A stretch of 64,000 bases of DNA from Dehalococcoidia bacterium (lineage in GTDB: Bacteria; Chloroflexota; Dehalococcoidia; Bin125): assembly GCA_965220315.1 (NCBI GenBank), contig CBDCPP010000001.1, forward strand, positions 59,809 to 123,808, in the 5' to 3' direction. Below the pieces are notes generated by a model. It had not been told where the DNA came from. It worked only from the letters and a program-made list of their open reading frames with translations, and did no database searches. The position numbers and the translations under genes were made by a program. Positions 20,094-28,703 of this stretch are shown one piece after another. Every line of letters begins with the position of its first letter. Position 1 is the first letter of the stretch.

Positions 20094-20309
20094 GTGGAAG
20101 CAGATGGGATGGGCGAAGGCTTTCCGCCTTGCTTGCGTTGCGATAGTGGCAACCTCGTGCCGCTGTCCGACTTCGGAGGCCATGGTGCGGCAGTGCACTA
20201 CAAAGCCTGGGTTTGCACGAATCCAAGCTGCGGTTACAACATCAAGATCCGTAACGGCGAGATCTACATCGACGAGCCGATCCTCAGCGGAGTTGGCGGT
20301 CGCCGCTAG
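20094..20309 (+). CDS. Small zinc-ribbon protein (about 71 aa)
   Basis: CLRCDSGNL...CTNPSCGYN is a CxxC...CxxxC arrangement. The GTG at 20094 directly follows a long purine-rich GGGGAGAGGGAGAGGGAGAG stretch, and an in-frame ATG lies at 20112. The start is uncertain. Confidence 0.35.
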   Translation: MEADGMGEGFPPCLRCDSGNLVPLSDFGGHGAAVHYKAWVCTNPSCGYNIKIRNGEIYIDEPILSGVGGRR

Positions 20310-20411
20310 CTCGCGCCGAGACTTCCCCCAGGGAAACCGCGAACCTCCCAGGGCGGTCCCCCAGCGTAGGAAACGTGTCGTTCCCGCCGCTCGGCTAGGC
20401 GCTGGATCGCT

Positions 20412-20987
20412 GTGAGCGTTCGGCGACCCTACTCGCCGGCAGGATCCGGTCGGTTCTTCGGATTTCTCACCGCGATCGTGGTCGTGGTGCCGATTGTCGT
20501 CGTTGCCCTGGTTTTTCTGGAGTTCGACATCCTCTCGGACGAGAATGAAGGCGAAGCTCCGGCGCAAGCTCCCAGCGAACTCCAACGCATTGAAGATCTT
20601 CCCGATCCTGATCCCGTCGAAACCCCCAGCGAGGACGAGCCGCTCCCACCCGAAGAAGAAGTTTCCCCTTTCCTCCCGCCTCCCACTGAGCTTGTCCATA
20701 TCGTCGTCGCTGGCGATACCCTCGGCGCCATCGCCCGTACCTTCGGCGTCACTCTCGACGCAATCCTCGCCGTGAACGATATTCCAGATCCAAACGCCTT
20801 ACTCGTTGGCCAACGGATCACTATCCCGGTTGCTGCAACACCGGCGGAAACGACTCCCCAGCTGGAGGCCACTCCCGCCCAGGAGATCCAGCCGCCCGCC
20901 GGCGCTGCGCTCCCAGCCGAAGATCCCGCCCCGTCCTCCGACGGCGTGGGCGACGGGACAGAAAGCGACGTCGACCCCGTCCAGTAG
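20412..20987 (+). CDS. LysM domain-containing membrane-anchored protein
   Basis: An N-terminal hydrophobic helix (FFGFLTAIVVVVPIVVVALVFL) is followed by an acidic/Pro-rich linker and a LysM domain (HIVVAGDTLGAIARTFGVTLDAILAVNDIPDPNALLVGQRITIP). Confidence 0.6.
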   Translation: MSVRRPYSPAGSGRFFGFLTAIVVVVPIVVVALVFLEFDILSDENEGEAPAQAPSELQRIEDLPDPDPVETPSEDEPLPPEEEVSPFLPPPTELVHIVVAGDTLGAIARTFGVTLDAILAVNDIPDPNALLVGQRITIPVAATPAETTPQLEATPAQEIQPPAGAALPAEDPAPSSDGVGDGTESDVDPVQ

Positions 20988-21132
20988 CGCCCCGTAGTGA
21001 GCGCGGACCTTCCACTTGGCCCGCGCGCCGTCCATATTCCTTCCTCAACCGCCACCCCGTGAGTTGCGACCCTCAGAAGCTGCCCGTACGCTGCACACGA
21101 CCTGTCCCGGGTCATAGCTCAGCTACGTACGT

Positions 21133-21210
<78 letters not shown>

Positions 21211-21439
21211 CCCACCTCCTCAATTCCCAGTCAGTTCCACCAACGCATCAGGCTGTTCTTGTTTGTCGGCTCGTGTCCGCCTAGGGCGGCAAAGTTTCTG
21301 CGGACCGTCTGCGCTCCCCGCGACCTTGGCGCTCCACTCCCTTGGCTCAACTGGGACCCCCGCACTACTGACCCAACCGCTTTCAACGACCCTACCTCCC
21401 CCTCTTACTCTGCCCAGACGCATCATCCATCGCTCGGAT

Positions 21440-21465
21440 CGCCAACTCACAACGCCAACTCACAA
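21440..21465. repeat. Perfect tandem duplication of the 13-nt unit CGCCAACTCACAA
   Basis: It lies in the C/T-rich non-coding stretch downstream of tRNA-Pro. Confidence 0.7.
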
Positions 21466-21618
21466 CGTCGTGGTCGTGCTGCCACAATGCCCCCACCTAC
21501 CCGGTTTTTGGGAATCATTCCAGCGAGGCTACACGGCCTTGGTCCGTGCTCTGATTGTGGTCACGGAAGGCAGAAATCAGCGCGCCGGGCCACCTTTCGC
21601 TCGGTGTAGCCTGTGTGA

Positions 21619-24600
21619 ATGCCCCTCTCGTCCGCTCCGCGCCCTGTCATTCACGGTGCCGAAGTCTCCCAGCACCGGTCGATTCGCTCCGCTCTCCACC
21701 TACTGAACGCCGGCGGCAGCGCTCTCCATCCCCTCGCCGCCGAGATCGCCGGCGGCCTCGCCGGCGGCCTCGCCGGCGGCCAGGCGAGCGTCAAAGTCGA
21801 TCGTCCCTCCCGCCTCCTCTACGCCACCGACGCCTCGATCTATGAGATGGAGCCGCTCGCCGTCGTCTATCCCCGCTCCGCCGCGGATGTCGCCCATGTG
21901 CTGCGCGTGGCGGCGCGGCGCGGCCTACCCGTTCTGCCACGCGGCGCCGGCACGAGCCTCGCAGGTCAGACCGTCAACCACGCCGTCGTCCTCGACTTCA
22001 CGCCCCACATGGACCGCATCATCCAGATCGACGCGACGGAGCGCTGGGCCCGCGTCCAGCCCGGTGTTGTGCTGGCCCAGCTCAACCGCGCCCTCCGCGA
22101 TCACGGCCTCCACTACCCGATAGACCCCTCCACCGCTAATCGTGCCACTATCGGCGGCGGCATCGGCAACAACTCCTGCGGCAGTCACTCCGCTGTCTAC
22201 GGCAAGACCGTCGATAATGTCATCGCTCTCGATCTCCTTCTCGCCGACGCGACCGCCGCTCGCTTCACCCACTACGAACCTCAAGTCCTCGCCGCCAAGC
22301 ACGCCCAACCCGGTCGCGAAGGTGACATCTACCGTGCCGTCGAACGCCTCACTACGCAGTACCGCGACGAAATCCGCGCCCGCTTCCCAAAGCTCCTGCG
22401 GCGCGTCTCCGGCTACAACCTTGATGCTTTGGTCCAGGACCCCGCCAACCTCGCCCCACTCATCGTCGGCTCCGAGGGAACCTTCGCTCTCGTCACCGAG
22501 GCGACCGTTCGCCTCGCACCCATCCCCGTCTGCAAGGGGCTCGCCGTCATTCACTTCCGTTCCGTCGTCGAGGCGGCCGAGGCCACGGTCGTCGCCAACC
22601 GCTGTCGCCCCTCCGCTGTCGAGCTCGTTGACGCAACGATCATCGATCGTTGCCGGCAACACCCGAGCTACGCATCGTTGGTGGAGTTCGTCCAGGGCGA
22701 CCCTGGTGCGCTCCTCCTCGTCGAATTCTACGGTGACTCGGCAGCTGAGCTGACCGATAAGCTCGACGCGCTCGCCGCTGCACTAGCGGGTGAGCGTCTC
22801 GGCTATGCCACCGTCATCACCCTTGACCCAGACCAGCAACGCGCCATGTGGCGCATGCGCGAAATAGGCCTCGGCATCCTCATGGGCGTCCGCGGCGACG
22901 CTAAACCGCTCGCCTTCGTGGAAGACACGGCCGTTGACCCTGATCGCCTGCCTCAATTCGTCGCGCGCTTCGACGCCCTAATACGCGACCATGGTTTCAC
23001 CGCCGCTTACTACGGCCACGCCAGCGTTGGCTGCCTCCACATCCGCCCCCACGCGAACATCAAAGACGCCAGCGAGCTTGTCTCCATGCAGCGCCTCGCC
23101 GAGCGCATTGCTGACCTCGTCGTGGAGTTTCAAGGCAGTCTCAGCGGCGAGCACGGCGACGGCATCCTGCGCGGCGCTTTCATGGAGCGCATGTTCGGCC
23201 CCCGGATCGTCCAAGCCTTCCGTGAGCTCAAAGCCGCCTTTGACCCGGATGGTCTCCTCAATCCCGGCAAGATCATTGATGTGCCACCCTTTGCCGACAA
23301 TCTCCGCCTCGGTCCACACACCGTCAATCAGGATCCGTCTACCCACCTGAGTTTTACCGCCGATGGCGGCATCGCCCGTGCCGTCGAACTCTGCAACGGC
23401 CAAGGCGCCTGCCGTAAGTTCGACGGCGGCATGTGTCCTTCTTACATGGTCACTAAAGACGAAGAGCACTCCACCCGCGGGCGTGCCAACCTCCTCCGCC
23501 AAGCGCTCAACGGCGTTTTGCCACCCCAAGACCTTGCCGGTGACCGTATCCACAAAGCCCTCGACCTCTGTGTTGAGTGCAAGGCGTGTAAGAGTGAGTG
23601 CCCCTCCGGCGTTGACATGGCCAAGCTCAAGTATGAAACCCTCACGCATTACCATAATGCTCACGGTCTGCCACGCCGCGCCCGCGCTTTTGGGCATATC
23701 CGCACGCTCGCCCGCGTTGCCGCGCCTGCCGCCCCACTCGTCAACGCCGCTGGACGGGTTGCGCCGCTGCGGATCCTTCTCGAAAAGACGGCAGGCGTCC
23801 ACCGTGCCCGTCCCCTGCCGGCCCTCGTCCGCGAGCCCTTCCCCCGCAGCTTCGCCCGGCGGCGGGCAGACTCAGCCCGCCCGCCCGCACCGCGTGGTGA
23901 AGTCGTTTTCTTCCACGACACCTTCACCGATTACTTTTACCCGGAGGTTGGGCATGCCGCCGTAGCAATCCTGGAAGCGCTCGGCTACGGTGTCCGCCTC
24001 GTCGACGGCCTCGTTTGTTGCGGCCGCCCCGCTATCTCCAAAGGCATGCTCGGCACGGCCCGCAAGTGGGCCCGCCGCAATGTCGAGGCGTTGCGTCCTT
24101 TCGCCGCCGCGCGCATCCCCATCGTCGGCGTCGAGCCCTCGTGTCTCTTCGCTTTACGCGACGAGTACCCTGACCTTCTCCCCGGCCCCGAGGCGAGGCT
24201 CGTCGCCGAGCACGCTCTCCTCCTCGATCAACTTCCCGATCGCCTTGTCCGGGAAGAACCCGCCCTCGCCGATCGCTTCCTCCCCGCGCGGCGCTCTCTT
24301 CTGCTCCATGCACACTGCCACCAGAAGGCCTTGGCTGGTACGGATGCCACGCTCCGTGCACTCCAACTCGCCGGGTTCGACGCCACCCTCATAGACTCCG
24401 GCTGCTGTGGTATGGCCGGCTCTTTCGGATTCGAGGCCGAGCATTACGACATCTCGCGCCGCATGGGCGCCCTCGCGCTCTTTCCCGCCGTTCAGGCCGC
24501 GCCTGCTACTACGGAGATCGCGATCACGGGAGTCTCCTGTCGGCAGCAGATCGACCACTGTACCGGTCGGCGCGCTCGCCACGTCGTCGAATTTCTGGCC

Positions 24601-24630
24601 GATGCACTCCGCCCCAACGAAACCGCCTAG
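21619..24630 (+). CDS. FAD-linked oxidase fused to an Fe-S/CCG-domain module (GlcD/GlcF-like or D-lactate dehydrogenase-like), about 1000 aa
   Basis: FAD-binding PCMH-type domain (LPVLPRGAGTSLAGQTV), a 4Fe-4S cluster-binding region (CVECKACKSECPSGVD) and C-terminal Cys-rich CCG motifs (LVCCG, IDSGCCGMAG) are present. The exact start is uncertain, and a 12-nt tandem repeat lies near the N-terminus. Confidence 0.8.
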   Translation: MPLSSAPRPVIHGAEVSQHRSIRSALHLLNAGGSALHPLAAEIAGGLAGGLAGGQASVKVDRPSRLLYATDASIYEMEPLAVVYPRSAADVAHVLRVAARRGLPVLPRGAGTSLAGQTVNHAVVLDFTPHMDRIIQIDATERWARVQPGVVLAQLNRALRDHGLHYPIDPSTANRATIGGGIGNNSCGSHSAVYGKTVDNVIALDLLLADATAARFTHYEPQVLAAKHAQPGREGDIYRAVERLTTQYRDEIRARFPKLLRRVSGYNLDALVQDPANLAPLIVGSEGTFALVTEATVRLAPIPVCKGLAVIHFRSVVEAAEATVVANRCRPSAVELVDATIIDRCRQHPSYASLVEFVQGDPGALLLVEFYGDSAAELTDKLDALAAALAGERLGYATVITLDPDQQRAMWRMREIGLGILMGVRGDAKPLAFVEDTAVDPDRLPQFVARFDALIRDHGFTAAYYGHASVGCLHIRPHANIKDASELVSMQRLAERIADLVVEFQGSLSGEHGDGILRGAFMERMFGPRIVQAFRELKAAFDPDGLLNPGKIIDVPPFADNLRLGPHTVNQDPSTHLSFTADGGIARAVELCNGQGACRKFDGGMCPSYMVTKDEEHSTRGRANLLRQALNGVLPPQDLAGDRIHKALDLCVECKACKSECPSGVDMAKLKYETLTHYHNAHGLPRRARAFGHIRTLARVAAPAAPLVNAAGRVAPLRILLEKTAGVHRARPLPALVREPFPRSFARRRADSARPPAPRGEVVFFHDTFTDYFYPEVGHAAVAILEALGYGVRLVDGLVCCGRPAISKGMLGTARKWARRNVEALRPFAAARIPIVGVEPSCLFALRDEYPDLLPGPEARLVAEHALLLDQLPDRLVREEPALADRFLPARRSLLLHAHCHQKALAGTDATLRALQLAGFDATLIDSGCCGMAGSFGFEAEHYDISRRMGALALFPAVQAAPATTEIAITGVSCRQQIDHCTGRRARHVVEFLADALRPNETA
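21747..21780 (+). repeat. 12-nt tandem repeat (CGCCGGCGGCCT, about 2.8 copies) inside the FAD/Fe-S oxidase 5' region, encoding (GGLA)n
   Basis: Direct reading shows atcgccggcggcctcgccggcggcctcgccggcggccag. Confidence 0.7.
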
Positions 24631-24683
24631 CCGCGCGGTATCATGCGGCTCCTATCGAGGACTACGCTAGACAAGGAGTCTCC

Positions 24684-26483
24684 GTGTCTCCCAGCGCCCC
24701 TGCTACCACTCTGTCTGACCCCATCACCTTCGAAGTGCTCCGTGCTGCCTTCACCGCCACCTGCAACGAGATGGCGCTCGTCGTCGCCAAGACCGCCTAC
24801 TCCACCCCCGTCAACGAGGGCCACGATTTCGCTGGCGGCCTCTACGACCACCATGGCCAGCTCGTCTCCCAAGGCGAGTTTGATCTCCCCGCCTTCGTCG
24901 GTCTCACCATCCTCACTGTTCCCGAAGTCATTCGCCAGATCGGCCGCGAGAATATGGAGCCCGGCGACATTTACATCATTAACGATCCCTATGTCGCCAG
25001 TACCCACTGCAACGACATCCACTTCGTCAAGCCCATCTTCGTTGAGGGTGAGCTGTTCGCCTTTACGTCTTCTACCGCTCACTGGTCCGATGTCGGAGGC
25101 GTCGTCGCGGGTTCGCTCAATTGCGCCGCACGCAGTCACTTCGAAGAAGGGATGCGCATCCCCGCTATCACCCTCTTCCGTCGCGGTGAAATGAACCACG
25201 ACATCGTTGCGATTCTCCTCCATAACATGCGCCAATCCTGGGAGCGTCTCGGCGACCTCAATGCTCAAGTCGCCGCCGTCCGCGCCGGTGAGGAGCGCAT
25301 CCGCGTTCTCATCGCCCGCCACGGCATCGCCAACGTTCGCGCCGCCATGGCTGAGGTCCAGAACTACTCCGAGCGCCTTGTCCGCGCCGCCTTCACGAGC
25401 TTGCCGGACGGTGTCTATACCGCTGAAGACCATGTCGACCAAGACATCCATACCGGCGAGCGCAAGAGCATCCGTCTGGACTTCATCGTCCAGGGTGACC
25501 ACGCCGTTTTCGACCTCACTCGAAGCGACGGCGCGGCCCAATCCGGCATCAACTGCACCATCGCCGCCTGTACCTCTGCCATTTTCATCGGTCTGGCTGC
25601 GGTGCTGCCGCCCATGCCTATGAACGCCGGCGTCATGCGCGCCGTCGAAATCAAAGCTAAGCGCGGATCGATCGTCTGGGCTCAGCCCCCCGTCGGCATC
25701 TCAGGGCTTGCCATCACCAGTATGGATGCCACCACCGGCGCCACCATGCTCGCCGTTGGTCAAGCGCTGCCGGAGCGTGCTGTCGGCCTCCCTTCCGCCA
25801 TCGTCAACTCGACCTTCGCCGGCGCAGACACGCGCCCCACCTTTAATGCCCCCTTCATTAACTACATCTGGGCCTTCGGCGGCACCGGCGGCACCAAGTA
25901 CAAGGATGGCTCCAACACCCTTGCCTCTCCCTTCGGCGCTTCCTCAACCAACATCCCTTGTGAGCTCCAAGAGCGTCGCTATCCAGTCATCTACTGGGTA
26001 CATCAACTCCTCTCCGATTCTGGAGGTCCCGGCGAAACCCGGGGCGGCTGCGGCTTGGACCAGCTCATCGAGCCCAGCATCCCGGGATCTCTCTCCAACA
26101 TCTGCAATCGAGAGAAGCAAGGCCCGGCCGGTATTTTGGGCGGCGGCCCGGGTTGGACCTCCCGGCTGGTCGTCAATCCTGACACCGAGGCCGAAACCAA
26201 CCTCGGTACCTTCGCCGTCAATGTCCCCGTTGGTCCTGGAGCCAAGCTCTCCTTCTGGTCCAACGGCGCTGGCGGCTACGGCGATCCCCTTGACCGCTCG
26301 ACGGACCGGATCCTCAACGATATCCGCGATGGTTACCTCACCATCCCTGCAGCCCGCGAGCAATACGGCGTCGCCGTCGTGGAGCGCGACCCTCGCCGCC
26401 TTGATTACGCTGTCGACACCAGCGCGACTGACCAGCTCCGCGGAGAGATGCGCCGCGCCCGCGCCGCGCAAGCCGCCCACTAG
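24684..26483 (+). CDS. hyuB: Hydantoinase B/oxoprolinase family protein
   Basis: ITFEVLRAAFTATCNEMALVVAKTAYSTPVNEGHDFAGGLYD...IINDPYVASTHCNDIH is present. An AAGGAG RBS lies 5 nt before the GTG at 24684. Confidence 0.85.
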   Translation: MSPSAPATTLSDPITFEVLRAAFTATCNEMALVVAKTAYSTPVNEGHDFAGGLYDHHGQLVSQGEFDLPAFVGLTILTVPEVIRQIGRENMEPGDIYIINDPYVASTHCNDIHFVKPIFVEGELFAFTSSTAHWSDVGGVVAGSLNCAARSHFEEGMRIPAITLFRRGEMNHDIVAILLHNMRQSWERLGDLNAQVAAVRAGEERIRVLIARHGIANVRAAMAEVQNYSERLVRAAFTSLPDGVYTAEDHVDQDIHTGERKSIRLDFIVQGDHAVFDLTRSDGAAQSGINCTIAACTSAIFIGLAAVLPPMPMNAGVMRAVEIKAKRGSIVWAQPPVGISGLAITSMDATTGATMLAVGQALPERAVGLPSAIVNSTFAGADTRPTFNAPFINYIWAFGGTGGTKYKDGSNTLASPFGASSTNIPCELQERRYPVIYWVHQLLSDSGGPGETRGGCGLDQLIEPSIPGSLSNICNREKQGPAGILGGGPGWTSRLVVNPDTEAETNLGTFAVNVPVGPGAKLSFWSNGAGGYGDPLDRSTDRILNDIRDGYLTIPAAREQYGVAVVERDPRRLDYAVDTSATDQLRGEMRRARAAQAAH

Positions 26484-26669
26484 CCAGGAGGTCCGTGCGC
26501 GTCGAACAGCGTCTCTAGGTTCACCGCGTCTGCCCGGTCGCTAGCGAAAACTGCCGAGCCGAGCGCACGCTTCCATCGGGCATAGCCCGACCGGCGCCCC
26601 GCCTTCGCCTCCCGATCCGGTACCGTGACCCTGTCTGTGTTCCCATATCGCACTCACGGAGGATCGACG

Positions 26670-27620
26670 ATGAGCGTTCGCATTGGCCTCAACATCGTGA
26701 CCTACCCCTTCTCTTCCACTAAGGGCTTCTGGCGTTGGGTCAACCTCTGCGAAGAGAATGACATCGACTCTCTTTGGCAGACCGACAGACTCGTCTCCAA
26801 ACTTCCATTCCTCGAATCCATGACGACCATGGCCGCGCTCGCCGGCGGCACTGAACGTCTCAAATTCGGTATGAACGTCGTCGTCGTGACCTTCCGTGAT
26901 CCACTCGTCCTTGCTAAGCAATGCGCCACGATCGACTTCCTCAGCGACGGTCGTCTCCTCCCTGCCTTCGGCGTGGGCGGTCCCGCCGCTCCGGAATGGG
27001 AAGCGACCGGCCGCACTACGCGCAAGCGCGGCGCCATCGCCAACGAAGCCTTGGAGCTCATGGCCCGTCTCTGGGCCGAAGACCAGGTGACGTACGAGGG
27101 CACGCATTTCCAATATGAAAACGCCAGGGTCGAACCCAAGCCGGTCCAGCAACCCTTGCCTCTGTGGATCGGCGGCGCCAGCGAAGCCGCCATCCGCCGC
27201 ACCGCCCGCCTCGGTAACGGCTGGCTAGGCGGCCTGCAGGCGCCCGAAACGGTCGGCCAAGTCGTCACCGCTATCAAGGCGGCTGCCGCCAAAGAGGGCC
27301 GTGTTATCGACGAAGACCACTACGGCGCCAGCTTCCCTTTCTATTTTGGCCACTGGGATGCCCCAGCCGTGCAGGGCTCGCTTAGTCTCTATCGTCGTGA
27401 GGATGTCTCCTGGGACCCGCCCGACTACTTCGCCGTCGGCGACGCTGCCACCATTCTCGGCCGCATCCGCGCCTATATGGACCAGGGCGTCTCCAAGTTC
27501 GTTATGCGCCCCCTCGGCGATAGCGAGGATGAAATCGTGACTCAGACCCAGCGGCTCGTTGAAGAGGTCGTCCCGCTAGTCCACGGTGCCCCCGTCGCAG
27601 CCAACAACGCGAAAACGTAA
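26670..27620 (+). CDS. LLM-class F420/flavin-dependent oxidoreductase
   Basis: The luciferase-like pattern is present (IGLNIV..., LVLAKQCATIDFLSDGRLLPAFGVGG). A GGAGGA RBS lies 8 nt upstream of the ATG at 26670. Confidence 0.8.
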   Translation: MSVRIGLNIVTYPFSSTKGFWRWVNLCEENDIDSLWQTDRLVSKLPFLESMTTMAALAGGTERLKFGMNVVVVTFRDPLVLAKQCATIDFLSDGRLLPAFGVGGPAAPEWEATGRTTRKRGAIANEALELMARLWAEDQVTYEGTHFQYENARVEPKPVQQPLPLWIGGASEAAIRRTARLGNGWLGGLQAPETVGQVVTAIKAAAAKEGRVIDEDHYGASFPFYFGHWDAPAVQGSLSLYRREDVSWDPPDYFAVGDAATILGRIRAYMDQGVSKFVMRPLGDSEDEIVTQTQRLVEEVVPLVHGAPVAANNAKT

Positions 27621-27668
27621 TCGCGTTTGCGGAGAGGAATGTTGGGTTAGTGGAGATGGCCTAACCGG

Positions 27669-28703
27669 TTATTCGACCTGCCAGGTCGTGTCGCCCCGCA
27701 GCAGTGCGCGAATGTCGCCTTTCCCCCGCTGCGCGAGCGCCGTCTCGATCTGTTCCTCAAGCAGCGTGTCGTAGGTGGGCTTTTCCACATCGCGGAACAC
27801 GCCAACTGGCACCGGCATCTCGGGGTAGTTCATGCGCGCGAGCAGATGCGCGACTGATGGGTCCGTCCGCGATGCGTCGTGGACCAACGGCTCGGCTTCC
27901 GGTTCATCGCGGAGGTTGACGCACTCCGTTGCCAGGCCGTTGAGGCGAACTGCCAGCTCCTGCTCGACCCCGTAGCGCATCGGCTCCCCATCTTTCAAGT
28001 ACAGCATCCGTTCGAGGCGTACCGGTTTATCCGTGAACGCCCGATAGGCACCGTCGTTGAAGATGTTGCAGTTCTGGTACACCTCCACGAATGACCCGCC
28101 CCGGTGTCGTGCTGCTCGTTCCATCGTCTCGATCAGATGCGGGGGATCCGTGTCGAACGACCGCGCCACAAACGTCGCTTCCGCCGCTAGTGCCACGCTG
28201 ATCGGGTTGATCGGCGCGTCGATCGACCCCATGGGTGATGACTTCGTCCGCTTTCCCAGCTCGGACGTCGGCGAGTACTGCCCCTTCGTCAACCCATAGA
28301 TGCGATTGTTGAAGAGGATGATGTTGATGTCGATGTTGCGTCGCAGCGCATGCAGGAAGTGATTTCCCCCAATGCTCAGCGCGTCACCGTCGCCGGTGAT
28401 CACCCAGATCTGCAGATCGGGCCGCGCAACTTTGAGCCCCGTGGCCAGCGTCGGCGCCCGTCCGTGGATGCTGTGGAAGCCATAGGTATTCATGTAATAA
28501 GGGAAGCGGCTGGCGCAGCCGATCCCAGAGATGAACACGAGCTTTTCGCGCGGCACCCCCAGATTGGGCAACATCTTTTGGGTCTGGGCCAAGATGGAAT
28601 AGTCGCCGCAACCCGGGCACCAGCGTGGGTCGGCGGAGGATGCGAAGTCCTTACGAGTCAATTTCGGTGCCGCTTTTGGTTCAGCGATCACGGGACCCCT
28701 CAC
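27669..28703 (-). CDS. korB: 2-oxoacid:ferredoxin oxidoreductase beta subunit (ThDP-binding)
   Basis: CPGCGDYSILAQ...GIGCASRFPYYMNTYGFHSIHGRAPTLATG...GDGDALSIGGNHFLHA is present. The start overlaps the end of the upstream alpha-subunit gene, so the true start may be a few codons downstream. Confidence 0.85.
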   Translation of the reverse strand: MRGPVIAEPKAAPKLTRKDFASSADPRWCPGCGDYSILAQTQKMLPNLGVPREKLVFISGIGCASRFPYYMNTYGFHSIHGRAPTLATGLKVARPDLQIWVITGDGDALSIGGNHFLHALRRNIDINIILFNNRIYGLTKGQYSPTSELGKRTKSSPMGSIDAPINPISVALAAEATFVARSFDTDPPHLIETMERAARHRGGSFVEVYQNCNIFNDGAYRAFTDKPVRLERMLYLKDGEPMRYGVEQELAVRLNGLATECVNLRDEPEAEPLVHDASRTDPSVAHLLARMNYPEMPVPVGVFRDVEKPTYDTLLEEQIETALAQRGKGDIRALLRGDTTWQVE

